The notes under the pieces were generated by a model. It did not search any database. It saw only the letters and a program-made list of their open reading frames with translations, and had not been told where the DNA came from. This document shows positions 28,118-37,772 of a stretch of DNA of 52,684 nucleotides, in pieces. Each line of letters opens with the position of its first letter. Positions within the stretch are counted from its first letter, which is position 1. Both the position numbers and the translations under genes were made by a program. The stretch is from NCBI GenBank assembly GCA_031425655.1, contig JANPJS010000261.1, positions 1 through 52,684 on the forward strand. Reading direction: 5' to 3'. The DNA comes from Abditibacteriaceae bacterium. GTDB taxonomy: Bacteria > Armatimonadota > Abditibacteriia > Abditibacteriales > Abditibacteriaceae.

Positions 28118-28654
28118 ATGAAGAATTACATCATTGAAGCGCGCCTGGCAGCACTTGACGCGGCTCTGGGTGGACGTAACGAGATAGCTGCGACTCTTCT
28201 CGGAAAGTTGAAGAATCCAGACTCTCATGAGGGAGTGCCATATAGCGGAATGATTGACTTCAACCGCGACTTCGAGAATCAAGAGTTTGCGGTCATAGTG
28301 AAGCAGCTAAAGCGATGGTTTGAGCCTGATCTACGGACACCACTCGAACCCATTTCCGAAGAAGCTGCCTGGCTATTTGAAAGCGCCGCCATGCGATATT
28401 TCGATTACCTAATCGAAAAAGTTAAAGCTGAGGTCAAGGTGGAGACGCTGAACGCTGAGTTTCGGGAAAAGCTCTGGGCTGAAATTGCGGCCCGTCAAGG
28501 TGCCCCTAACAGGGATGTCTGGGCTGAATTCTCTCAACTCATGGATGAGCGCGATGGGGAACTCATAGAGATCGTCGCCGATGCTGTCAACCACTGCGTA
28601 GCAGAACACGCAGGTGACGAAGGAATTGTGTTGACTGCCCCCCACTTTCCGTAG
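28118..28654 (+). CDS. Hypothetical protein
   Basis: AAGGA RBS; intact 178-aa ORF. Confidence 0.65.
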   Translation: MKNYIIEARLAALDAALGGRNEIAATLLGKLKNPDSHEGVPYSGMIDFNRDFENQEFAVIVKQLKRWFEPDLRTPLEPISEEAAWLFESAAMRYFDYLIEKVKAEVKVETLNAEFREKLWAEIAARQGAPNRDVWAEFSQLMDERDGELIEIVADAVNHCVAEHAGDEGIVLTAPHFP

Positions 28655-28670
28655 TAAACGCGGTTAGAGC

Positions 28671-28713
28671 AACGGGCGCGGCCATCATGGCGATGGTCGC
28701 GCCCGTTTTATTT
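28671..28713 (+). terminator. Hairpin / terminator
   Basis: AACGGGCGCGGCCATC-ATGGC-GATGGTCGCGCCCGTT followed by TTATTT. Confidence 0.65.
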
Positions 28714-28724
28714 GGAGAAATACG

Positions 28725-29327
28725 ATGAATGAAAACAATGACTTTGATTTGTTTGAGCTTCCAGGCGATCATCCGATTTATCGCTCAGGTGTGGCATTTA
28801 TTTCCATTCCACGCAATGCTGCCAGGGAAGCACAAACGCAGTCCAGTGCAGTCATGCGTGCGCTGGCAGGCGAGCACCTTACCGGCGAAGAATTCGATGT
28901 GCTGGCTAATTCGCCGGATTGGCAACCTGTTGCTGGGCGAATGGATGTCCCTGGGGTGCGCCTGTTCGGCACCATGCTCGAACAGAAGTGTTTCCCGCCC
29001 TCACGAACCTCACAGAATGGGTTATTGCAGGTCGCTCGTCTCCACTGGCCCGACGCCCAAACAGCGTGGCTGGTCTTGTTGATTCCCATGTCTGATCGCC
29101 CGTTGGTGGCGGAGTGTGCCGACCTGAGCGGAACACTTGTGAAGATGAGGTTGCCGATTGAGAAAGTCGATGGCGCTGAGGTGACTTTCCCATTGGAGCG
29201 GCCTGACTTGCTGGTGATCGAGACCGACTGGGATGGAGAGCCTTTTGGGGAGTTTGAGGGACGAGCGAGCGAGGCTTTGTGTCACGAAGACACTGTGTTG
29301 CGCGAATTCATGGGAACTGGATTGTGA
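28725..29327 (+). CDS. Hypothetical protein
   Basis: GGAG RBS; intact 200-aa ORF. Confidence 0.6.
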   Translation: MNENNDFDLFELPGDHPIYRSGVAFISIPRNAAREAQTQSSAVMRALAGEHLTGEEFDVLANSPDWQPVAGRMDVPGVRLFGTMLEQKCFPPSRTSQNGLLQVARLHWPDAQTAWLVLLIPMSDRPLVAECADLSGTLVKMRLPIEKVDGAEVTFPLERPDLLVIETDWDGEPFGEFEGRASEALCHEDTVLREFMGTGL

Positions 29328-29832
29328 CCTGGCAGTTTCAAAGCTCCTGCCTATGCGCGGCTTTTCTGGTTCCGTAAAGCGGCGTCCAATTCTGCAATCC
29401 ACTTCACAAAATCTATGTCCGCAGCCACGCAAATGCGTCGCACCTCAACGAGCGTAACGCTTTGTTTTTTTTGCAAAACTTTCGACACATAGCCCTGCGT
29501 CATCGAAAGTCGCGCCGCGATCTGCACTTGCGTGTAACCACTCGCTTTTACAGCGGCTCGCAGATGTTCTATGACGACCTGATGGTCGTCCCAGTAATAA
29601 GGTCGTGGCGCCCGCCCCGATGCTTTTCCGATGTGTAGTCACCCAGAAGGGCATCATAGTGTCTTATTTGGCATATTCTAAATAAGCGAGACGTGTCACA
29701 CTGCGAGCATCTTTAACGCAGAGTCCAGGCGGATCAGGTGATCCGGCAACCACTTTTCCAATAGTTCTTGCGTGACTCGCTGAAGCAGAGCCGCAGGGAA
29801 ACAGTTCGATCACAGCTTCTAAAAGGATTCCG

Positions 29833-31062
29833 ATGGCTCAAATTGATTCGCTCATCGCACGACTGGTGCAGAGCAATGCGGAGCGCGCGGTGCTGCGCGC
29901 CGATGCACCATTGCAGGTTTTTGCTGGTGGCCGTCAGACGCAAGGTTCGCTTATAACCGAAGCGCAACTGCAAAGCTCCTTACGGGAAGTTATGCCGGTG
30001 GCTCAGCGCCCCGAACTGGATCGGCGCGGCACCTTCCTGTTTCCATACAACTCGCCTCACGGCCAATTCACGATCAACGTAAACACAGCCGGGGATAAAC
30101 TTGAAGTCACCGTAACACCGGCGATCACCCCGGCGGCCCCGGTGCAGGCTCCGGCCCCAGCGCAACCACGGCAGGCTGCTCCTTCGGCTTTAACAGGCCA
30201 GGTATTTTGTCAGCGGTGTGGGGTTGCAAACAACAATGGCGCCCGCTTCTGCTCCGGCTGCGGCGAACCAATGGCAGCCCAAACAACACCGAATCCTGCG
30301 CCAGCAAGCACTAACACTCACCCACAGATGCCAGCACAGGTAGTTTCGGGCACTGAGACAAAGAAGCCGAAAACGGGACAGTGGCTCGCTCTGGCAGCCC
30401 TTCTCGCGCCGCCGATGGGCTGTATCACCATACCCGTTGCCCTGATCCTGCTTGCCGTGTTGGCAGGCGCCGGTCTCGCGTTCGCGCCATTGTTGTTGGC
30501 TGCTGGGGCCTCGTTCTATGTGTGGAAAACGGTGGAGATGGAGAAGAACAAAAAGCTGCTCTCCATCGCCGGGATTCTGTTCGTGGGCCTGGTTCTCAAC
30601 GGCCTCCTGGCTGTGGCACTCAGCAAGAACAACCCTAACTCTGAAGTGAGCCGCGTTGCCACGAATAGCGATAGCGAGAAGCCAACTTCACCGCCGCGTT
30701 CAACCGCAGAAAAAGTGACCGAAGCCCCTACGTCTGCGCCGGTGGCACCCGCTGCGACACAGCCGCCTTCCGCGTCTCCGGCGAGAAGTAGTGGCGTGAA
30801 CGATCTCAAGGTTGAAGACTGGGATTTCAAGCGCGGCACTTTTGGAATGGGAGTCGTGACAGGCACGATTCGCAACACTGGCACTCGCACGTTCAATTAC
30901 GTCCAGATCGAGGTCACTGGTTATGATGCAACTGGCGCGCAGGTAGGAAGCTCATTGGCAAACATCAACAATCTTGCACCTGATGGCCGGTGGAATTTCG
31001 AGACCTTACCCATGACTGATAAGGCCGTGAGGGCCAAGATTACCGACATCAAAGCGTGGTAG
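29833..31062 (+). CDS. Membrane protein: PilT-N-terminal-like domain, zinc ribbon, TM helices and FxLYD-like domain
   Basis: MAQIDSLIARLVQSNAERAVLRAD...FTINV; CQRCG...CSGCG; hydrophobic helices; VTGTIRNTG...YVQIEVTGYDATGAQVG...NLAPDGRWNFE. Confidence 0.65.
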   Translation: MAQIDSLIARLVQSNAERAVLRADAPLQVFAGGRQTQGSLITEAQLQSSLREVMPVAQRPELDRRGTFLFPYNSPHGQFTINVNTAGDKLEVTVTPAITPAAPVQAPAPAQPRQAAPSALTGQVFCQRCGVANNNGARFCSGCGEPMAAQTTPNPAPASTNTHPQMPAQVVSGTETKKPKTGQWLALAALLAPPMGCITIPVALILLAVLAGAGLAFAPLLLAAGASFYVWKTVEMEKNKKLLSIAGILFVGLVLNGLLAVALSKNNPNSEVSRVATNSDSEKPTSPPRSTAEKVTEAPTSAPVAPAATQPPSASPARSSGVNDLKVEDWDFKRGTFGMGVVTGTIRNTGTRTFNYVQIEVTGYDATGAQVGSSLANINNLAPDGRWNFETLPMTDKAVRAKITDIKAW

Positions 31063-31313
31063 CCCATTTCATCTGATAAAATGCCTCGTGTGCTACTGAA
31101 GGCGTTAAGGCCATCCGGTCAGGGCGCGCCCAGTGCGGCGGCGCCAGAACCACCAAAACCTACTGCGGCACCTGTGCCTGACTTGGCGCCCACACCTGCG
31201 CCAAAAATTTCTATTGGCGCAGGCTCAGCGCCGCGCGATGTCCGACTCGAAGACTAACGAAAACAGACAGCTTCCTGGCAGGCGAAGAGTAGAATTGGAA
31301 CACAGGAAAACAG

Positions 31314-31769
31314 TTATCTGCCTTCCGGCTGAATGACTTGGGATAGGAGAATCGTGTTGATACCCAGCACCGTCGCAAACTGCGCGTCGTTCGTCACGAC
31401 GGCCTTGCAGCCTGAGATACGGGCTGTCGCGGCATGAATGGCATCGGGCAGCGTCAATTGCGCGGTGGCTCGTAAGCGCGCCGCTTCGATCAATATGTCG
31501 GCGCGCATGGGGCACACAACCAGGTGCGGTGAGTTCTGAATTGCCTGTTTGTAGGCTTTCTGCGCGGCCCGGTTCTTATTCTGGATCGGCCTCACCAGAA
31601 CCTCGGCCAGCGTTAATTCGCTCGTCACAGCTTGGATGTCGCCGCGCTCAGTTGCCTCGAAGAGCGCGGTGACTTCTTGGATGAAGCGCGGGTGCGATTC
31701 ATAAGCGTAAATAAAAATGTTAGCGTCGAGGTAGACCCGCTGCCCGAAAAGAGCTTTCACGAACTCCAT
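31314..31769 (-). CDS. PIN-domain (VapC family) toxin
   Basis: VYLDANIFIY, TSELTLAEVL, LPDAIHAATA, VTND. Confidence 0.9.
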   Translation of the reverse strand: MEFVKALFGQRVYLDANIFIYAYESHPRFIQEVTALFEATERGDIQAVTSELTLAEVLVRPIQNKNRAAQKAYKQAIQNSPHLVVCPMRADILIEAARLRATAQLTLPDAIHAATARISGCKAVVTNDAQFATVLGINTILLSQVIQPEGR

Positions 31770-31966
31770 GTCGCACGCTCCGCTCGGATGAAGACATCAA
31801 CCTCTTCGATGCTTTCAAAGTCTGGCTTGCCTGCACCGATCAACGCGAGAAGTGGCCCCTGATTCTGCAAGCGTTTCGGTTCTCGTCCTGCGGGCTGTGC
31901 GGAATCTTGAGTTTCCGTATTCGGGATTCGCGCGGAATCGTCATTCTGTTCGCCGCTATCACTCAT
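31757..31966 (-). CDS. Putative antitoxin
   Basis: Small ORF overlapping the toxin start; LLALIGAGKPDFESIEEVDVFIRAERATW tail typical of PIN partners. Confidence 0.7.
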   Translation of the reverse strand: MSDSGEQNDDSARIPNTETQDSAQPAGREPKRLQNQGPLLALIGAGKPDFESIEEVDVFIRAERATWSS

Positions 31967-32636
31967 GGGTGTCGCCTGCATCTACTAACTCGTTTTTCAC
32001 AACTGGCTTCAGCATCCAATGCTGGTCGCTTTGGACGTGATTCGGACGGACATATTTGGCGATGCAAGAGTGAAAGTTTGCTTCCGCAAACGCTTCGCTG
32101 CGCCGCACCACATAGCCCTCCTGTGGCCCGCCAAACGCCGATTGTCCGCTGAAACAAGCCTTGACCCGCTTTTCGTCCCAGAGGCCCCTGTAAAGCACTG
32201 GGGGCGTCAATAACGGCTGCCCGTTGGCTGGATCAACAATCGTCGGACAAAAGGCCACCGTATCATCCCACGACAGGAATTTATCCCCATCATGGACGCC
32301 GAAGGCGACGTAGTAAGTTGGCAGCGCCCGATAGTGAATCGAATGCAGCGCATAAAGGCTCTCGCCGCAGATGCGCCAACCTGTCGGGATAAGATGCTTG
32401 ATTCTCGCATGAAACGACTTCACCCAGCCGCGCGAAACATGATGCCTGCTGTCAAGAGAACGGGCGTGCAGGTGCGTGCGGTAGAGGGTGGTATTCTCAC
32501 CGTCGAGCTTTTCCGTGACGACAATCTCCCGGCCCCTGAAGACCGAGAGGTCACGCAGCACATGATCGCCATCGGGGCCGATGGTGTCCGACCAGGGTAG
32601 GTGGTGGGTGCGTGCATACTTAACGCTTTGTTGCAT
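31959..32636 (-). CDS. ATP-dependent RNA ligase family protein
   Basis: KYARTHHLPWS, motif I TEKLDGEN, ICGESLYA, EGYVVR, IAKYVR. Confidence 0.88.
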   Translation of the reverse strand: MQQSVKYARTHHLPWSDTIGPDGDHVLRDLSVFRGREIVVTEKLDGENTTLYRTHLHARSLDSRHHVSRGWVKSFHARIKHLIPTGWRICGESLYALHSIHYRALPTYYVAFGVHDGDKFLSWDDTVAFCPTIVDPANGQPLLTPPVLYRGLWDEKRVKACFSGQSAFGGPQEGYVVRRSEAFAEANFHSCIAKYVRPNHVQSDQHWMLKPVVKNELVDAGDTHE

Positions 32637-32764
32637 AACTGAACCTGCTGGCACTAATGTCTCCGCATGCTGCCACAGAACAGCCAGTTTAGTTCATGTG
32701 ATTTTGTCAGCACGCAAAAACAATAGACTCTGAAACCATTCGCGTGTGATAAAGAATCCTAAAT

Positions 32765-33418
32765 ATGAACGAAACTAATAAAACCCCGACAATCATGGCT
32801 ATAATCGGTGCTGTGCTGATCTTCGCTTTTCTCTTCGCACCGATCCCCGGTAAAGTTGAGGGGTCAGACTCCACCATCTTTTTGGTTGCAGGCCGGGGCG
32901 AGCAATGGGGCTTGTTCCTGCTCGCTCCGCTCGCGACTTTCTTCATCTGTCGAAACACCGGGGCTTGGGGTGCAGGCTCGGCTGGTATTCTCCTGCTGCT
33001 GGCTCTTTCCAGCGCATTCTATTCAAGCCAGGGCGGTAATACCGAAGCACATCGGGGAACCAGCAGGTATTACCCTTTTAGCGAGCCGACAATCTTACAT
33101 TGGACGGCGCTTTTCTGCGGGGTCATGCTGCTTTTAGGAGCCGCCATCTGGACGATAAGACAACCAGAAGCTAAGCCTGCGTTCAGTGCCAGCCAAACAT
33201 CTGGCACCTCGCTCCTGGACGATGTGGACTGGGGCTGGTGGGGAATTGCCGCAATCTCGTTGGCCGTCTGGCCTCTTGGGCTACTGCTCTATTTTGCCTA
33301 TTCCCGAACCGGCGACGAGAAGGGCGGCGCGGCCATTATTGGTGCGGGGATAGGTTTGATACTCATGGCGTTGCGCTTTGTGTTTATCATGTCGAAGGTC
33401 GGCGCCGGAGCCACATAA
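32765..33418 (+). CDS. Hypothetical integral membrane protein
   Basis: About six hydrophobic segments. Confidence 0.65.
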   Translation: MNETNKTPTIMAIIGAVLIFAFLFAPIPGKVEGSDSTIFLVAGRGEQWGLFLLAPLATFFICRNTGAWGAGSAGILLLLALSSAFYSSQGGNTEAHRGTSRYYPFSEPTILHWTALFCGVMLLLGAAIWTIRQPEAKPAFSASQTSGTSLLDDVDWGWWGIAAISLAVWPLGLLLYFAYSRTGDEKGGAAIIGAGIGLILMALRFVFIMSKVGAGAT

Positions 33419-33431
33419 TCGGAGATAAAAG

Positions 33432-33581
33432 ATGGCAAACGAATTCACCGAACAACAGCAGGCCGCCCACCAGGCCATTGCCGAAATCGCTGCCGATTTG
33501 GGTGCTGCGTTCACCCTGGACGCCGTGGCGGATGCGCTGGGCCAGGCGGCGCGCACGAAAGCTGGCCCAGCGTGGAGTTAA
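33432..33581 (+). CDS. Small hypothetical protein, 49 aa, not in the ORF track
   Basis: GGAG RBS; MANEFTEQQQAAHQAIAEIAADLGAAFTLDAVADALGQAARTKAGPAWS*. Confidence 0.45.
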   Translation: MANEFTEQQQAAHQAIAEIAADLGAAFTLDAVADALGQAARTKAGPAWS

Positions 33582-33612
33582 AGTCTGAATCCGTGGGAAG
33601 GTCAATCAGACT

Positions 33613-35577
33613 TCAACCGGATTCGCCTTCATGGAGTTGCAGCGCGGCTTCGTAAGCCTCTTGAAAGTCCAATTGCGTATCCATCTCCGGCGCGATTTTC
33701 TTGAAGCCAACATACATCAAGGCCAGCAATTGCAGGCCGCTGAACTCTTCACCGGGCGCAGAGCGCAAGTGGTAACGCCGGTCAGGATCGGAGTAATCAA
33801 TGCCGTTTTGGCCGACCGTAGCGACTTCCATTGTGAGTGTCCGAATGTCGTTGTCGTCCATCTGCTCGAAACGTCGCAGTGCGCTCAGGCAATACATCAC
33901 CGTTGCCGGGTGTTTTTGCTTTAGCAGTTCGGGGTTGGTGCTGCCTTCAGGCGTTTGCGGCGGTGCCTCGAAGCCCGCCGGTTTCGCTGGTTGTGGCCCG
34001 TTCTCGCGCCACTCATACCATTCGTTCAGCGCCAGCACTTTGGCGGCTTCGTCAACGAATTTGTATTCGTCTCCATGTTGATAGTCCGGCATCATGCGCT
34101 GCCATAAACCAAATAGCTCCTGACCCACCTTCATGAATTCCGTGTCTTGATAGGCGCGGGCATACTCGGTTTTGCCGCCATAGATATGATCGGTAAACAG
34201 GGCGTAGGCACAGTTCAAGGCGTTGCTGGCGCGGAAGATCGAAGGTGGCGTGATCTTACGGATGTCGCGGTTAGTGAGAATCGAGGCATTCTCGGTTTGC
34301 CGGGCGTGCAGCGACACGAATTGGCTGGGGCGCAGTTCGGGGTAACGCTCAAAGACCCGATACTCGATCACCATGTCAAGCGGCGTGTTGAAAAGCTGGT
34401 TCGCCAAGCCACCGACCAGTTGGAGAATTACGCTGGTGATCTCGCCTTCGGGATAGCCGCTGCGTTGCAAGCGAAAAATGTCCTTACTGATCGAGCGCAA
34501 CGCGATCTCTCTGGTGCCGATTGTGGTGGCAAAAGCCCGGTTTCTTCCTGCCTGACGCGCTTCGTGTTCCAGATGAATGTGTTCGAGTTCGTGTGCCAAG
34601 TGATGCGGCGTGATCGCTGGAATCTTGTTCTTATATTTGATCCGATGGGTGTCAGTATTGTGATTCCACGCCATCTGCGATACGGCGTCCGTAGAAAGCG
34701 AATTATCTTCTTTGACTTCGATCCGGTTGCCGGTCTGGCTTTCCAACTCCTGTTTGCGCCCCTCAATCACCTGCATGAACGAATCATACGCCCGCTCGGC
34801 GATCTGCTTGTTGATTTGCAAATACAAGGCGCGGGCGGCAGCGTAAACCGATTCGCTGCGCGGATCGCTGGACTTAGGCCGCCCAAACAAGGAATCAATC
34901 GTTTGCAGGGATTCGGTCAACTGTCCGGCCTGGGCGTCAACCAGGGCGATGCCGTAATACGAGTTGGGATAGTCAGGATCGACTTCCCTGGCGCGCTCCA
35001 AAAGTTCGCGGCCTCGTGCCACCTTGCCGGTCTTGATGAGCGTGCCGCCGTAGCCGCACAGCAGATACGGGTCGTCAGGACTCAGCGTGTAGGCTCTCTG
35101 GTAAAAGCGCGCGGCTTTCTCAGAATTGTCTTCGTTCTTGGAAAACAGGTTTCCCAGCAGCAAAAACGTCCAGGCATCATCCGGCGCTAAGCGCGCGGCT
35201 TCGACCAGGCGCTGTTTAGCTAATTCAATTCGATCTGATTCGAGATAAGCCATCCCCAGATTGCGCCGTGATTCAACGTGATCCGGCTGTCGTTCAAGCA
35301 CCTTCTTGTAAATATCGATGGCGCGAACGTAACCACCGCGCCCGGCCTGCTTTTCGGCGCGCTCTATCAGGTCGGCGAGTTCTTGCGGGTTCTTAGGCGC
35401 CTTTACGGGCCATTCAATGGTCGCTACGCCCTCATTAATGGCAACGGTCGCTGTCGGCAAAAATGCGTAGCACTTCCGCACAACTTCTTCGGCTTCTTCT
35501 ACCGGCAAGACTTCGAGATCAACTTCACGATCCAGATCAACGATCACGTCGGATAAGGCAACTGTCACACGGTTCAT
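33613..35577 (-). CDS. TPR-repeat protein with HEXXH zincin-like metallopeptidase domain
   Basis: About five TPRs (AIDIYKKVLERQPDH, RRNLGMAY, AARLAPDDAWTFLLLGNLF and others); HHLAHELEH and downstream NTPLDMVIE. Confidence 0.8.
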   Translation of the reverse strand: MNRVTVALSDVIVDLDREVDLEVLPVEEAEEVVRKCYAFLPTATVAINEGVATIEWPVKAPKNPQELADLIERAEKQAGRGGYVRAIDIYKKVLERQPDHVESRRNLGMAYLESDRIELAKQRLVEAARLAPDDAWTFLLLGNLFSKNEDNSEKAARFYQRAYTLSPDDPYLLCGYGGTLIKTGKVARGRELLERAREVDPDYPNSYYGIALVDAQAGQLTESLQTIDSLFGRPKSSDPRSESVYAAARALYLQINKQIAERAYDSFMQVIEGRKQELESQTGNRIEVKEDNSLSTDAVSQMAWNHNTDTHRIKYKNKIPAITPHHLAHELEHIHLEHEARQAGRNRAFATTIGTREIALRSISKDIFRLQRSGYPEGEITSVILQLVGGLANQLFNTPLDMVIEYRVFERYPELRPSQFVSLHARQTENASILTNRDIRKITPPSIFRASNALNCAYALFTDHIYGGKTEYARAYQDTEFMKVGQELFGLWQRMMPDYQHGDEYKFVDEAAKVLALNEWYEWRENGPQPAKPAGFEAPPQTPEGSTNPELLKQKHPATVMYCLSALRRFEQMDDNDIRTLTMEVATVGQNGIDYSDPDRRYHLRSAPGEEFSGLQLLALMYVGFKKIAPEMDTQLDFQEAYEAALQLHEGESG

Positions 35578-35704
35578 ATCTTTTAATTCCGACAATTGGA
35601 GAAACGAAAACAACGGATTAGTATAGGTTCGGGTCTCTACGCACCGCTTCGCCGACTCAGTCACGGCTAAACTAAGACAAAGTAACGACAGCAACTTAGA
35701 AGTG

Positions 35705-37750
35705 CTACTCCGCCAAAGCCTTCAGCAAAGCATCGCGCGAGTCGGTGTAGTAAACGATGGTTACTTTAGCAGCCATCTCATCGGAAAGATCGTTAAGCTG
35801 ACGCCGGGCCGACACCGGAAACATCACGATCTGTGCGCCTTTCTCGACAGCCAATTCCGCCACGTTCACAGCGTTATGGATCGGCTCAAAGGAGCCGCCG
35901 ACACTCAGGCCACCAACAACGACCAGCCCACCTCGCAGGCTCTTCGCCAGCAGCGCGCTGCCGAATGCCAGCAGTATCGGCATCCCCAGGAGCGCGCCGT
36001 TCTTCGAGGTATCCATCGCGCGCACCTGGATGTTGAGTTCATGCTGCCGGGCGTCGCGATCACCTACCAGTTCCTTGTTACGCGCTAAGAGGTTTTGATA
36101 TGCGGTTTGAACGCTTTCTCGTAGCGGGCCAGGCGCGCCAACATTGGTGATGCGGAAGTTGGAGCCGGGTGCTTCGTTGACTTCGATGCGATAAAGACCA
36201 GCGGCTTCGTCTTGTCCGCCTGGACTGATTCCCCAAGCATGGCCGGGCGGCAGAGGGTCGGTTCCGATACCTTCAGCATTTTGCAGTTCAGGTGTGGAGA
36301 CAAAAGTTTCAATGCCGTCCGTGCCGATACGGTAGGAGAACTGCGTGTTGCGAAACTCGGCGGTGCCGATACGTTTTTGCTGCTCCTTGACGCGGCGCCG
36401 ACATTCAAGGGCCAGGCGCACCGCCCATTCCAGGTCGGCATCGGGAATGTCCGTTGTGCTGCTGGGATACAAGAGCTTCAACAGGCCGCTGACGGTGCGG
36501 TTCACAGCGGTGGTATCGCGACCACTGAGCGCGCCACCGTAATCAACTCGCTCCATGAAGGAAGCAATGCGGGTTTCGCCGCGCAGGCGCGTCCAGCACT
36601 CTGCCAGGAAGTCGCTCACGAAGCCGAAGTGATCGGTGAAGAGATCGGCCTGCATTTTCGGCACGTCCCAGCCAGGAATATAAGCGTGGATGCGATCCAT
36701 GAGCGCGGTGTCGTCGCGCATCTCCGGCGGCATGGGGCCGAAGAGATGGCCGATGCGCTGCTGGTGCTCGACATCCACGTCGAAGTTACCAACCATCATC
36801 ACGCCGCCGTCAGCACGGATACTTTCGCGCCCCCGGCTAAATTCGCCGGACTCCATGTAGCCCTTCATGATGTTGACCCCGTCCTTCTGATCGAAGGACA
36901 CGCCGGAGACTTCATCGAAGCAGACCACGTCGTATTGGCACACCAGGCCACGTTGGCCGTTGGAATTGTTGACGAACATCCGCGCAACTGTGGCTTTGCC
37001 ACCACTCACCAGGTGCGAATACGGACTGACCTGCTGGTAGAGATGGCTCTTGCCGGTGCCTCGTGGGCCAAGTTCTACCGCGTTGTAGTTGCGCTCTACA
37101 AAGGGCACCATACGCAGCAGCAGAATGTCCTGGGCGCGTGGTGTGAGATTCTGCGGCTCGAAGCCAACGCTCCGCAGCAGAAAGGCTTTCCATTCATCGG
37201 TCGAAAACGCTGTGCGTCCTGCGGCCAAGTCGTCCAGAACGCCGCGCTTAGAAAGCTGAATGGGGCGCAGCGTCCGTAAGCCGAAAGGGCGTCCTGAGCG
37301 TTCCTGGGCGATGGCCGCATCATATTCCAGTTCCACCTCAGCGTAGAAGCCGCCGGTCAGCATTCGTTCATTTGCCAGCACCATCTCCGGTTCGATCCGC
37401 ACGTCTCTGAGGCGGAGGCTCGGAAGGGTGGCGACGTAAGAATCAGTCTCTGCATCAAGCCGGGCTGTCACCAGGTCGATGATCTTGACGCTACCGCGCT
37501 CGCGTGCCTGCGCTTTGAAAAGCTCTTCTTCACCGGCGCGCACGGTGCGCTCGCGCATCTGCTTTTCAACAATCTGCAAACCTTCAGCGATTTCTTCTTC
37601 ATCGGTCGTGGCGCAATAGCGGCCCAGGAGAAATTCGGCTACATAGGTCGGCACCGGATATTGGCCCTTGAAACGGCGCACCAAGTCCTTACGGACGATG
37701 TAGCCATCGAAGGCCCCGGCGGCGAGTTGATCGAGTGCGTCAAGTTCCAT
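35705..37750 (-). CDS. brxL: BREX system Lon-related AAA+ protein
   Basis: VRKDLV...VPTYVAEFLLGRYCA, ELGPRGTGKSH, DVVCFDEV, MDRIHAYIPGW, C-terminal Lon-like domain. Confidence 0.93.
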   Translation of the reverse strand: MELDALDQLAAGAFDGYIVRKDLVRRFKGQYPVPTYVAEFLLGRYCATTDEEEIAEGLQIVEKQMRERTVRAGEEELFKAQARERGSVKIIDLVTARLDAETDSYVATLPSLRLRDVRIEPEMVLANERMLTGGFYAEVELEYDAAIAQERSGRPFGLRTLRPIQLSKRGVLDDLAAGRTAFSTDEWKAFLLRSVGFEPQNLTPRAQDILLLRMVPFVERNYNAVELGPRGTGKSHLYQQVSPYSHLVSGGKATVARMFVNNSNGQRGLVCQYDVVCFDEVSGVSFDQKDGVNIMKGYMESGEFSRGRESIRADGGVMMVGNFDVDVEHQQRIGHLFGPMPPEMRDDTALMDRIHAYIPGWDVPKMQADLFTDHFGFVSDFLAECWTRLRGETRIASFMERVDYGGALSGRDTTAVNRTVSGLLKLLYPSSTTDIPDADLEWAVRLALECRRRVKEQQKRIGTAEFRNTQFSYRIGTDGIETFVSTPELQNAEGIGTDPLPPGHAWGISPGGQDEAAGLYRIEVNEAPGSNFRITNVGAPGPLRESVQTAYQNLLARNKELVGDRDARQHELNIQVRAMDTSKNGALLGMPILLAFGSALLAKSLRGGLVVVGGLSVGGSFEPIHNAVNVAELAVEKGAQIVMFPVSARRQLNDLSDEMAAKVTIVYYTDSRDALLKALAE

Positions 37751-37772
37751 AGGTGTTCTTTTCGATTTTCGT

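Noticed and set aside
31081..31257. Pro/Ala-rich 58-aa ORF ending DVRLED, resembling the linker of the upstream FxLYD gene
   Set aside because: Similarity is low-complexity and too short to support a duplication call.
35705..36250. BrxL Lon-like domain lacking the catalytic Ser motif as a novelty
   Set aside because: Degenerate Lon-like domains are already known for BrxL.
34147..37279. Long + strand ORFs (347 aa and 355 aa) opposite the TPR gene and brxL
   Set aside because: Antisense shadows of GC-rich genes with no recognisable motifs.
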